64,000 nucleotides of DNA, from NCBI GenBank assembly GCA_949290395.1, contig CASERQ010000002.1:206079-270078 (forward strand), in the 5' to 3' direction. Shown piece by piece: positions 52,140 through 62,268 of this stretch. Source of the DNA: an uncultured bacterium. GTDB taxonomy: Bacteria; Bacillota_I; Bacilli_A; RFN20; CAG-826. Positions within the stretch are counted from its first letter, which is position 1, and every line of letters starts with the position of its first letter. The notes under the pieces are model-generated. The model made no database searches, was not told the origin of the DNA, and saw only the letters and a list, made by a program, of their open reading frames with translations. The position numbers and the translations under genes are program-made.

Positions 52140-55100
52140 CTAATAATCAAAATAGAAAGTAATTATTTCCCCATTCATGAAATAAACAAAATATTTTTCT
52201 GATTGATAGTTCACTTCCGTAATATATTTTTTAATGTCTTTAAATTTCACTATCTTATGTGTAACGAATTTTCCGCTATAAACTGTGTTATCTATCACCG
52301 ACCAGTCATTAAAGTAGGCGCCCAAAATAATTGTTGAATCGTCTGTCATAGTTTCATCAATAACTAAATATCTTGTTTGTTCATAATATATTTCACCATC
52401 ATATAGCTTACGTGGAATTAAATAATAGCCCTGGCTTTCGTGATAAACAAAATTCTTAACTTTAAAATATACTTCTTCATCTACATTTCCATTATCGCCA
52501 CTAAAGGTTATTACAACAGATGTGAGACCTTCTTTAGATGTATCAAAATTAGAAGAATCTTTTATAGAAACAAAATTACTAAGTCTACAATCTGGTTTTG
52601 AATCATCAATTTCGATTTTCCTTTCTAAAAAACCATTTCTCAGCTGATAAAAAGCTTCTTTTCCATAAACAAACATACTTCCATTTAAATCAAGAGGAAA
52701 ATTAACTTCTTGGCCGACCCAGAAAACATTAGAAGAAAATAAGCGCGATTCTTTCTCAGAACTTATAAGTTCATTTACATAATAAGTAAAAGTATAGACG
52801 CCACCATTTTCATCAGTGTATGTTGTGGTCTTTAAACCACACGTTGAATTGTCTAGTTTGTTGGCGAAATCTCTATATGTTAATTGAATTATATTATCAT
52901 TAAGACAATAGTAACCTTGAAGAATGGAGCCATTTTCGTCTTTTATTGTAAGTTCCATATTCTTAAAAAATCGCATTCGGGAAGAATCGATTCTCATACT
53001 CTCATATTCATAAAAGCCTTTATCGTAATTAGATAAATAATAATTTTTAGCTACGCTTTCACAAACGTAATATTTTAAATCAACGTCTTTTATAGAATAA
53101 AAATCAACTGTTGTATTTTGCCAACCAACTTCAGTTGTATCTAAAGTTAACTCATTTACAATTGAATCTAATCTATCGAATCTCCATGTATATTCAGTGT
53201 CATCAATATTAGACACACAATAAAAAGGTATATAGCCTAATCTTGGTTCCATATTGTGAATTATATAGTCTTCAAGAGAGGAATTTTCAAAAGATGGCTT
53301 TTGTTCTAAGCTAACATTATTCTCATCAAAAACGACATAACTCAAAAAATAATACGTATTATTTAAATTAATTACCTTAAAAAATGAACCAATTTTGGAA
53401 GTATCAACAGATTCAGTGTTACCCAATAGTTCATAAGTCCATGTACTATCCTTAGAGAAGTATGACGTTTCACCAAAATAAGAATAAGAGTCAAAAACTG
53501 AGTCGTAACTTGAGTAATCAAATCCGCCAATTGGTTCTATATTGAATGCGGGATTATAAACAGTGTAATTAATTTTGTAATTCAAGTCATCGAATTTCAA
53601 AATAGCGGTATGGGAACCATATTTAGAATTATTAAAAGAAACTAATTCAAAAGGTATTTCGCTTTCATTATTATTTTTTTTCGCTTTTATTTTCAAATTC
53701 AAACTTTCATTTTTTTCAATTTTTGAATTGTACGAAATACAATACATTTTCGTTGTACTATACGAATAAGAGGTTTTAAACGCAGTGTGGATCTCATTTT
53801 CAAGATCATTTAATTGGTCGTAATTAGCAGAATTGATGTCAATCTTGCTCGCTTTATTATATATTTTTTCGAACAAACCATCCTGAAAGTCAACATCACT
53901 AGAATATAAATTAATGTTAGTAACATTTTCATTATTCAAATCATTTTCCAAACTATTTTTCTCGTTGTTTTGCGAAGCATAATTAGAATAAACATCGTCT
54001 AAAGGGTAAGAAGTATATCTATGCCAAAAAGTGTCAAACAAACAGTTAGCAACAATAGTTAACGAATTTTTAATTATTTCAGCATTATTTCCTGATTCAA
54101 ATAAAGCACCATTAAGAAGTTGTGAAAATGAAATAAACGCCTTTGCAAAACTTGATGGCCTATCCTTAAGTACGAGAATAATATTGTTAAAACTTTGCTG
54201 ATCACTCTTATTGATTGTTTCACATAAAAATCTAAGGCCAATATAGCCTGCTTCCCCTTCAGCGAAAACTTTTTTAAGAAAGTCGATAAAACTTTCAGAA
54301 AAATTAATGGAACTATTTGTATTTATGAATTTGTCTTTTTTATTGCTTTCAAAATAGGCTTTTAAAATATTGTTATAAGATTCATAGTTAGGAAAAGCTG
54401 CAGTTAATGCTGCAAAAAATTGTTTTAAAGCTATCTTGATTTCTTTATCAGTTTCATTGCTGTTTCTACCAGGTGATCCTACAGTTTGATAAGGAGTGAA
54501 TAAATAACTTAATATTTTTAAAACATTAGAAAATTCATTAACATTTTCACATTTCCTTAGCAAAATCCTTAATGTTCGATAAAAAAACTTTGATGTAAGG
54601 ATATGCGTGCTTTTATTCTCAACCAAATAATTATAACTAATAGGAACACTTTCGGTATCCGCTTGGTTCACTTCATCAATATAATTCGCAATTTCGATAT
54701 AACCGTTTTCTCTAAATTTTTGTGCGTTTGACGTCGTAAGTCCTGGTCCAGGATTTGGAACGTCTGGAGCAGGATCGTAATAAAAGTTTCCTTTAGAGTA
54801 TTCAAATAAAGTAAAAAGAACACTAAAATCATTTTCGCTTGCACTCGACAAAAGATAGCCTAATGAATTAAAAACCCTAGTTAAGCAATCTTTTGCTAAG
54901 CTTATATTCAAATTAAGATATTCTTTATACAACAAATAATTTTCAACAATCCCACTGTCAAACAATTTATCAAAAGCAGACTTTCTTAAATCAGAATCGG
55001 CAACAATTAAATCATAAAACTCCGACAAATTAACGCCATTTTCGCCATCCTTAATTAAAGTTGAAGCTTTCTCAACAAAATACTCTTTTGTTACATCGGT

Positions 55101-55964
55101 TTTTTCACCTAAAAATAAAATATCAGTATATTCAGCACCTTTTTTAAGTTTTTCTAAATAGTCTAAGGAACCGTTACCAAAATTAATCTTTATTGTGTTA
55201 TTGCCGCCAATAGGTTTTATAAGTAATTTTTCATTATAGTTATATTCTAAAAGTTGATTATTAAAAAGAATTCCTTCAACTTTATAGTTTGCGTAAGGTT
55301 CAATTGATAATAACACTTGTTCGCCGACATTACCTTCATATTTATCAACGTCTGCGACTCCTTTTTCTTCATCATATTCAAGATTGATTGTAAATTTATT
55401 ACTATCGACTGTCATAGCAGTATTTCTAAAATCGATGAAAACAAAATTTAGACCTTCATTCAAAGTTAAAGTATAGGTATTATCTTCTTCTATTTGAATT
55501 TGATTATCGTTTAATTTGATTGAATCGATGACTACATTTTCAAAAGGTGTAACATTGAGATTTAAAATGTTATTTTCTATAGAATAATCAACACTACCTA
55601 GGTTAGTGTTGTAATCGAGTTCAACTTGGTAATCATCAACTGTTTTAAAAGCAAAAAGAACGTTGACTTGATTTTCTCCAGCAATAGTCACAAAAGTTTG
55701 GCTCCCAACACTTTGAGCTATTACGCCGTTAATAATAACTTGCTTAATTTCATACCCTACAAAAGGTGTAATATTTAAAGTTACGGTTTCGCCAGCTTTA
55801 CCTTCTTTTTTATCGATGCTTACTTCACCATGTGCTTTATCGTAAGTTAGTTTGACGGAGAACTTTTCCTCATTTTGAGTTTCGTTACTTGCGCATCCGC
55901 TTAAAGAAGAAATAGCAAAACCTCCAAAAAGGAGAGACAACATTAAATTAACTCTTTTATTCAT
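52140..55964 (-). CDS. Giant surface lipoprotein, paralogue 2
   Basis: Start corrected to MNKRV; lipobox LSGC; three N-terminal repeats; same layout as its neighbour. Confidence 0.82.
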   Translation of the reverse strand: MNKRVNLMLSLLFGGFAISSLSGCASNETQNEEKFSVKLTYDKAHGEVSIDKKEGKAGETVTLNITPFVGYEIKQVIINGVIAQSVGSQTFVTIAGENQVNVLFAFKTVDDYQVELDYNTNLGSVDYSIENNILNLNVTPFENVVIDSIKLNDNQIQIEEDNTYTLTLNEGLNFVFIDFRNTAMTVDSNKFTINLEYDEEKGVADVDKYEGNVGEQVLLSIEPYANYKVEGILFNNQLLEYNYNEKLLIKPIGGNNTIKINFGNGSLDYLEKLKKGAEYTDILFLGEKTDVTKEYFVEKASTLIKDGENGVNLSEFYDLIVADSDLRKSAFDKLFDSGIVENYLLYKEYLNLNISLAKDCLTRVFNSLGYLLSSASENDFSVLFTLFEYSKGNFYYDPAPDVPNPGPGLTTSNAQKFRENGYIEIANYIDEVNQADTESVPISYNYLVENKSTHILTSKFFYRTLRILLRKCENVNEFSNVLKILSYLFTPYQTVGSPGRNSNETDKEIKIALKQFFAALTAAFPNYESYNNILKAYFESNKKDKFINTNSSINFSESFIDFLKKVFAEGEAGYIGLRFLCETINKSDQQSFNNIILVLKDRPSSFAKAFISFSQLLNGALFESGNNAEIIKNSLTIVANCLFDTFWHRYTSYPLDDVYSNYASQNNEKNSLENDLNNENVTNINLYSSDVDFQDGLFEKIYNKASKIDINSANYDQLNDLENEIHTAFKTSYSYSTTKMYCISYNSKIEKNESLNLKIKAKKNNNESEIPFELVSFNNSKYGSHTAILKFDDLNYKINYTVYNPAFNIEPIGGFDYSSYDSVFDSYSYFGETSYFSKDSTWTYELLGNTESVDTSKIGSFFKVINLNNTYYFLSYVVFDENNVSLEQKPSFENSSLEDYIIHNMEPRLGYIPFYCVSNIDDTEYTWRFDRLDSIVNELTLDTTEVGWQNTTVDFYSIKDVDLKYYVCESVAKNYYLSNYDKGFYEYESMRIDSSRMRFFKNMELTIKDENGSILQGYYCLNDNIIQLTYRDFANKLDNSTCGLKTTTYTDENGGVYTFTYYVNELISSEKESRLFSSNVFWVGQEVNFPLDLNGSMFVYGKEAFYQLRNGFLERKIEIDDSKPDCRLSNFVSIKDSSNFDTSKEGLTSVVITFSGDNGNVDEEVYFKVKNFVYHESQGYYLIPRKLYDGEIYYEQTRYLVIDETMTDDSTIILGAYFNDWSVIDNTVYSGKFVTHKIVKFKDIKKYITEVNYQSEKYFVYFMNGEIITFYFDY

Positions 55965-56374
55965 AATAATTACCCTCTTTAATTTTAGACTTTTAAAAGG
56001 CAATACGCATGTTGAAAAAAAATATAAAAAATCGAAGATAAGAAGATGATCAACATTGCTTAAGCAACTTAATCTGTAATTTATTCTAAATATTAAAAAA
56101 ATATCCGTTTTTGGCAAAGTTTTTGCGAAAAAATTTCAAATTTAACTTCTTGAAGTAGGCAAATTATATACAAGAAAATTAGTAATTTAAATTCCACAAA
56201 ATTCAAAGACTGACAAAAATATCAGCGATATTTTTATTTGAATGCCCTGTTTTCTTAAAGAATAACTAAACGATTCAAAAAATCTATTCTTCCTAAAAAG
56301 AGTACGTTTATAACTTCATATGTTTTTTAACTAAAAAAGAAAACTATTACTAAAAGAAAAAATACACTATAAAG

Positions 56375-57775
56375 TTATAAGTTTGTTGTTTCCTTCTCTT
56401 CTTTATCAACCTCTTCTGCTCTTCTTTTTATAACTTTTGGAAAAGTGATAAAAATAACAATTCCTGTAATAACGCCTGCTACTAAATCAGCAATTCCTTC
56501 AGACATATACACACCTTCAAATCCAACGATGTAAGTAAGAATAAAACATAATGGAATTAAGATTATTACTTTTCTTAATGTGGCTAAAAACATCGCTGAC
56601 TTTCCTTGTCCTAAAGCAACATTTATATTTTGAAGAGTCATTTGAATTGCAAACATAATGGTCCCCATTAGAAAGAGAGGAGTATATCTTTTAACTAGAT
56701 TCATAACTTCTGAATCAGCGCTAAAAATATATCCATAAATTTCAGGGAATGCTATTGAAAAAGTATAAATCAAAACATCAAAAATAAGAGCAATAATGAA
56801 AGTATAAATAATTCCTTTTTTAAGGCGATAAGCATCTCCTTTTCCATAGTTATAACTAACATAAGGAGCTATTCCATAACCTAATCCATTTAATGGTAAA
56901 GATATAAGTTGTAAAGCACTTAACATAATAGTAAGTGCTGCCGTATAACTACTAGCTACACCTCCTGTTGCAATCTTTAAACACACATTAAAAACAATCT
57001 GAATAATGCTTTCAGTAAGTGTCATAATAAAAGGCGATAAACCTAAAAATAGGATAGAAAGTATTATTTTTCCTTCAAGTTTCATGTCTTTAAACTTGAA
57101 CTTAAAAGTCGAGCCTTTCATCAAAAAGAGCGCAAAAACCCAGCAAAATGATGCAAATTGAGAAATTATAGTTGCTAAGGCAGCTCCTTCTACTCCCATA
57201 TTAAAAGTAAAGATAAATAATGGATCTAGCCCTACATTTAATAAAGCGCCAAGTAGCGTTGTTCCCATTGCTAACATTGAATGTCCTTCAGCACTTATAA
57301 ATGGGTTTAAGCCTTGAACAAGTATAATAAAAACACTTCCTAATGAATATATTCTTAAGTAGTTTGTAGCGTAAACTAGTGAATTTTCTGGGCAACCAAA
57401 TAAAACAATAATAGGTTCAGCAAATATATATAAGATAACAGTTAAAACTACACCTAATAAAGTTAATAAAAGCGTTGCATTATTAAAAATCTTATTAGCT
57501 TTTTCTTTCTTATTTTCACCTAGAGCCATGCTCGCTCTAGGCGAAGCACCTAGTCCAATTAAATTAGCAAAAGCTTGAACAATTAATGTAATAGGTAAAA
57601 CAATTCCTAAAGCGGCGAGCGCTTCTGTTTTGATAGATTCGATATTTGAGACAAACATTCTATCAACAAGGTTATATAAAAAAGTTATAAGCTGAGCTAT
57701 TACAGCAGGTATTGTTAATTTAAATACGAAAGGTAAAATCTTACCTTTTCCAAATTCTTTAGTAAGTTCTTTCAT
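56375..57775 (-). CDS. MATE family efflux transporter
   Basis: LYNLVDRMFV, LNVGLDPLFIF, GAALATIISQ; about 12 TM helices. Confidence 0.93.
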   Translation of the reverse strand: MKELTKEFGKGKILPFVFKLTIPAVIAQLITFLYNLVDRMFVSNIESIKTEALAALGIVLPITLIVQAFANLIGLGASPRASMALGENKKEKANKIFNNATLLLTLLGVVLTVILYIFAEPIIVLFGCPENSLVYATNYLRIYSLGSVFIILVQGLNPFISAEGHSMLAMGTTLLGALLNVGLDPLFIFTFNMGVEGAALATIISQFASFCWVFALFLMKGSTFKFKFKDMKLEGKIILSILFLGLSPFIMTLTESIIQIVFNVCLKIATGGVASSYTAALTIMLSALQLISLPLNGLGYGIAPYVSYNYGKGDAYRLKKGIIYTFIIALIFDVLIYTFSIAFPEIYGYIFSADSEVMNLVKRYTPLFLMGTIMFAIQMTLQNINVALGQGKSAMFLATLRKVIILIPLCFILTYIVGFEGVYMSEGIADLVAGVITGIVIFITFPKVIKRRAEEVDKEEKETTNL

Positions 57776-58009
57776 ATAATCTCAACTTTGAGATTATAGG
57801 CGTTAAAAAACAGATTATCAACGGGATAATTTCAGAAAACTACAATACATTTAAGAAATTGTGAAGTTTTACTTCACATTTTACTTCACAATTTAAAAAG
57901 AACAAAATGTCTAGGACATTTATGTCTCTTATAAAATATTCTAGAACTAATTTTCCATACGAAATTCTTAACAATTTAATTAAAAACCCTGCAAAATACT
58001 AATATTTTT

Positions 58010-58430
58010 CATCATTTAACTTTTCTATTATCTTTCTTAATTAAATAATCTCATCCGAAATTATTTCGCCATATTTAAGTTTTAAAAATCTATTTCCAAA
58101 TTTTACATTCTCTAAATCATGAGTAACTTGAATAATTGTAATATGTTTTCTTTATTTATTTTTGATAAATAGTTCATGATCTTTATTGAATTAGCGCTAT
58201 CTAAATTTCCAGTAGGTTCATCAAGGAAAAGAATTTTTTGCTCATAAATTAAACTTCTAGCAATAGCAACTCTTTGTTGCTCACCGCCACTTAATTCATC
58301 AGGATAAGCTTTTATACGATCTTCAAGTTCAAAAAACTTAATAAGTTCATCAAACTTTTCTATACAATCTTTGACCTTTTTATTTCCTAAATAAATTGGA
58401 GTAAGAATGTTTTCTTCTAGATTTAAATAG
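58010..58430 (-). pseudogene. ABC ATPase remnant (3' half, frameshifted)
   Basis: [13 protein letters not shown] and LDEPTGNLD present, Walker A absent; H-loop (QVTHD) in another frame. Boundaries approximate. Confidence 0.7.
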
Positions 58431-58653
58431 TTTGCTAAATTATATATAAAATTACTCGCTAATTTTAGTAAGTTCAAAGTTTTTAAGTCAAGCCGACAAT
58501 AAGAAAATGCCTTAAAAACGATAAAATCTCCATTACTAGTTACACAAAACCTCAAAAACAAATATCCAAATTAAAAAATCTCGTTTTCAAAAATGAGAAA
58601 TTGTTATATACTTTTCATTGCTAACGAAAAGACAACGCTTCGATTAGCTTTTT

Positions 58654-58730
58654 CTCCTAGTAGCTCAACTGGATAGAGTGTTTGGCTACGAACCAAGAGG
58701 TTGCGGGTTCGACTCCTGCCTAGGAGGCCA
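58654..58730 (+). tRNA. tRNA-Arg(ACG)
   Basis: Acceptor CTCCTAG/CTAGGAG, D arm with GG-A20, anticodon arm TTTGG-CTACGAA-CCAAG, T loop GGTTCGACTCC, G73, encoded CCA. Confidence 0.97.
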
Positions 58731-58744
58731 AATAAATAAAGAAT

Positions 58745-58778
58745 AGCCGATATAACATGATAAAATCGGCTTTTTTTA
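58745..58778 (+). terminator. tRNA terminator
   Basis: AGCCGAT...ATCGGCT followed by a T run. Confidence 0.7.
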
Positions 58779-58929
58779 TACTTTTGTTAGGTAAAATTAT
58801 ATCTATATCTGAATTCATGGCATACATTATAAATGCTCTTTATTAAATTTTACAAGCACCTTTGTATAATCATGATTGAAATGCAGTGCTTATTTTCCGA
58901 TTTTAGGTGCCTACTTTTAGGTTACCATT

Positions 58930-59624
58930 CCAAACATATTCTGTTGACATTTCAAAAATTGACAAGAAAAAGAGAAAACCACGTATAGCAAGAGAAATTT
59001 TGCGTTCATATAGTCGAAATATATGTACACTTGCTAGTAATAACACCATTTTTGAAGATAAAAAAGCAACTTTGATTTAAGTATGCCAACATTTGCAGAT
59101 TATGTTGAAGCATTGGAAAAAATCTATATTATAGAAGATATTGATGCATGGTCACCCGCCATACGCTCTAAAAGTTCAATACGATCATCGAAAAACGAAA
59201 TTTAATAGATCCTTCTGTCGCAGTGGCTGCCTTAGGTTTGTCGCCTGAATATTTCAATAATGATTTTAAAACACTAGGATTTCTTTTTTAATCCTTGTGC
59301 ATTCGTGATTTAAAGGTATATTCATCTTTGCTAGATGGTGATATATCCTACTATCACGACTGATCCGGACTCGAAGCAGATGGCGTTTTACATTTAAGCG
59401 ATGGTAGATATGCACTCATCGAATTTAAACTTGGTTCAAAACAAATCGAGGATGGAGCTAGGCATTTACTAAAGATTGAACAACTAATAAAAGAATATAA
59501 CGAGAAAGAGAAACAAATACCATTACGTCTTCCTAATTTAAAAATTATCATAACGGCAACTCAATACAGATATAAACGTTCCGACGGTGTTCTTGTTATA
59601 CCGATTGGATGCTTAAAGAATTAA
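58930..59624 (+). pseudogene. AAA+ ATPase/DUF4143-family pseudogene (5' truncated)
   Basis: Fragments LRSYSRN, YVEALEKIYIIEDIDAWSPAIRSK, DPSVAVAALG, GLEADGVLHL.DGRYALIEFKLG, VIPIGCLKN*; frameshifts and an internal TGA at 59361. Confidence 0.85.
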
Positions 59625-59668
59625 CACTCTTTTTTTAGTTAGTCTAGAAATTATTAGCCTTTGGATTT

Positions 59669-60376
59669 TTATATTTCAATGTAAGCTAATTTATTACTTT
59701 TGTTATGAATAAATGAACTAACAAGAGCAAATAAATATCCAAGTAAAATAATAAGAACTAACAAAATAATAATGTAATAAAATACGCCAATTCTGTTTTC
59801 GGTTATATCAAACCATCCATGAGTTTCGTAATTTAAAAAGAAATAAGGAACCAAATCACCATTAAATCTAATATTGGACGCTATACAAATAAATACAAAA
59901 CCAAGATAAGCTAATGGAAAGAGTGTGCCAATAAGAGGAGACACTTTATTAAATCTAATGTCATTATCAAAGAGGAAGAAATCTAAAACAGCTAAAATAG
60001 GAACAAAACAATGTACAGTTAAATTAGTCAATGAACCTAAATAAGATGGTTCACTTGTTGGAGCAAGCAATATAAAGAAAACTAAAAATGTTATTGTAAC
60101 TCCAAGTGTAAAAACATACTTGATATGAAGTAATGTATTATTTATTAATCTCTTTTTTGTTTGAGTTTCTACAAGTTTAAGTATAAAAAATACGATAGTA
60201 ATCGCAATTATTGCGATATTAGATTGAATTGTAAAATATAAAATTGTTGATCCATTTCCCATAAAACCATGAGAAAAGAAATTTAAATATAGCCCATATA
60301 ATCCAACAACTATTAGAATAAATTCAACTATTAAATTAGTAATTTTCTTTTTAGTAATCATAACTTTTTCCTTCAA
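59669..60376 (-). CDS. Multi-TM membrane protein (Pr6Pr-like)
   Basis: YFTIQSN, VHCFVP, PYFFLN pattern; about 6 TM helices; TTG start uncertain. Confidence 0.75.
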   Translation of the reverse strand: MKEKVMITKKKITNLIVEFILIVVGLYGLYLNFFSHGFMGNGSTILYFTIQSNIAIIAITIVFFILKLVETQTKKRLINNTLLHIKYVFTLGVTITFLVFFILLAPTSEPSYLGSLTNLTVHCFVPILAVLDFFLFDNDIRFNKVSPLIGTLFPLAYLGFVFICIASNIRFNGDLVPYFFLNYETHGWFDITENRIGVFYYIIILLVLIILLGYLFALVSSFIHNKSNKLAYIEI

Positions 60377-60487
60377 GTAATAATTTTAAAACAACATACT
60401 ACTTCTTATCTATAAATTTATTTTTAAAATATTTCTACTTTTTTGGTATTATTTTTTCTCTTTAAGAAAAACATGCATATATTAAAC

Positions 60488-60501
60488 GCGATATTTATCG
60501 C
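60488..60501. repeat. Palindrome GCGATA-N2-TATCGC, copy 3
   Basis: cGCGATATTTATCGCg. Confidence 0.75.
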
Positions 60502-60791
60502 GAAAATTTAATGGAAGTTGTCTTCGTGGAAAACGTCTTCCACAAATTGCGTTATTTAAATTATGTTAATCACCATCGGTTTCTTTATTAAAAAAATGAA
60601 TATAGTTATTTTTGTGGAAGTGTATTCAATCGTTAGGAAACTTTTTTAAAGAATTACTTTTTTAACTAATTTAAATACAAAATCAGCTTTACATATAAGA
60701 AATTTTATTTATATTTATTTGCAATGCACATAATATTATTAAAATTTTAATTTTTGAGATATAATAATTTATAACATGGAGGTATTCAACT

Positions 60792-61049
60792 ATGGCAAAT
60801 ATAAACGTAACAATTCGCTTAGACGAAACTGTTAAAACACAAGCAGATGAACTATTTTCGGATCTTGGAATTACATTAACTTCCGCCATTAATATGTTCC
60901 TTAAACAAGCAATACGCGAACAACGCATTCCGTTTGAAGTTAAACGAACTTCTTCAGCTTATGAAATTGCGCAAGATAAGACTTTAGATTCAATTTCGGA
61001 AAAATTACTCGACAAGAATCTTGAAGCATATAAAGAATTAGCAAAATGA
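60792..61049 (+). CDS. RelB/DinJ-family antitoxin
   Basis: IRLDETVKTQADELFSDLGITLTSAINMFLKQAIREQRIPFEV; GGAGG SD; ATGA overlap with the toxin gene. Confidence 0.9.
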   Translation: MANINVTIRLDETVKTQADELFSDLGITLTSAINMFLKQAIREQRIPFEVKRTSSAYEIAQDKTLDSISEKLLDKNLEAYKELAK

Positions 61050-61427
61050 TTATAATTAGCAAAAAGCAAGTAATTGCAATGCATCATGTTATCATCCTAC
61101 GCACAGGTGGTAGTTATGGTTTACGTGATAAAAATATGCTGGAGTCTGCACTTACCTCGCCATTTCAAACCTTCGATTCACAAGAACTATTTCCTTCTTT
61201 TGAAGAAAAAGCTGCACGATTAGGTTTTGGCTTAGTATCAAATCATGCGTTTATAGATGGAAACAAAAGAATTGCAGCGCATACAAATGCTTGTTCTATT
61301 AGAATTAAATGGCGTTGTCTTAACTTATTCACAAACAGAACTTATCAACATTTTTCTAGAACTTGCTTCAGGTAAAGCTTCTTATTCTGATCTTTTAAAG
61401 TGGATTTTAGTGCATAAAGCCAGATAA
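61046..61427 (+). pseudogene. doc: Fic/Doc toxin with 1-nt insertion
   Basis: GLRD..LESAL, HAFIDGNKR. The extra A at 61285-61287 shifts away from MLVLLELNG...LLKWILVHKAR* (stop 61427). Confidence 0.85.
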
Positions 61428-61479
61428 ATTGCTTTTTCGTATACCTTTTTAAAAACAGTTTTAATTAATTTGTTAATCA

Positions 61480-62193
61480 TTATTTCTAATGATTTCAATT
61501 GGTTTATTCGCTTAATCATCACGTAAGGATTAATCAAAGATAAGACAACAAAAAGAACTATAAGAAGAGCAAAAATACTAGTTGATACAAAATTAAATGG
61601 TAAAAACTGCATTCCTGGTATTTCTTCTAAACCATGGAAAGATAAGAAACTATTAATAAGTATATTTTCGCAAAGTAAATTACCTAGATAAGTTCCAATA
61701 AAAAGCATAATAATCGATAAAATTAAAATTCCAGTGAGCGTAAATATGTAAAGATAATTAATAGAAGAAATCTTTAAGCCTATCGCTCTAAATATACCAA
61801 TATTTTTCTTATCTTTTTTAACAATTAAAGTTACAAATAAAATAACAAAAACAATAGTTAAAACAATCATCATAGTTGTGACGGTTTTAAAAATAGCTTT
61901 AAAGATTGCAGCTTCATCTTCTACAGCGTAATAATAAACATCATTTTTACTAATTAAATCGAATCCATCATCTTTAAAAGCACTATATAAACTTAAGAAA
62001 TCACCATTATTATCAAAATAAAGATGTACAGGGTTGAAAGAAGATTTAAAAGAGTGGATTTGCCACTTCCAGACTTACCTAAAATAAACGTTAACCCTCT
62101 TTCTTCAAGAGTAAAAGAAATTCCATTTATTGCTTTTGTTTTAACAAATTTACTTCTTGAATAAACTTTAACAATATTTTCGACTTTAAACAT
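61480..62193 (-). pseudogene. Collapsed ABC ATPase/FtsX-type permease remnant
   Basis: ATPase N-terminus (GKSGSGKSTLLN) breaks off after about 55 aa and is followed by a permease C-terminus (IGIFRAIG). Boundaries approximate. Confidence 0.7.
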
Positions 62194-62268
62194 TTTTTAA
62201 TCTCACTTTTAGTCTATTTTTAATGTTCTAAAACTATGTTAAATAAATAATATCCTTGCAAATCTCTA

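Noticed and set aside
58654-58730. This tRNA as the recoding tRNA
   Set aside because: Its anticodon is ACG with Arg identity A20. A CCG-anticodon tRNA is not in this window.
59361-59363. TGA read as Trp (Mycoplasma code)
   Set aside because: This in-frame TGA is in a multiply frameshifted pseudogene. TGA ends mutS2, ftsA and the antitoxin at expected places, and long genes use TGG with no internal TGA.
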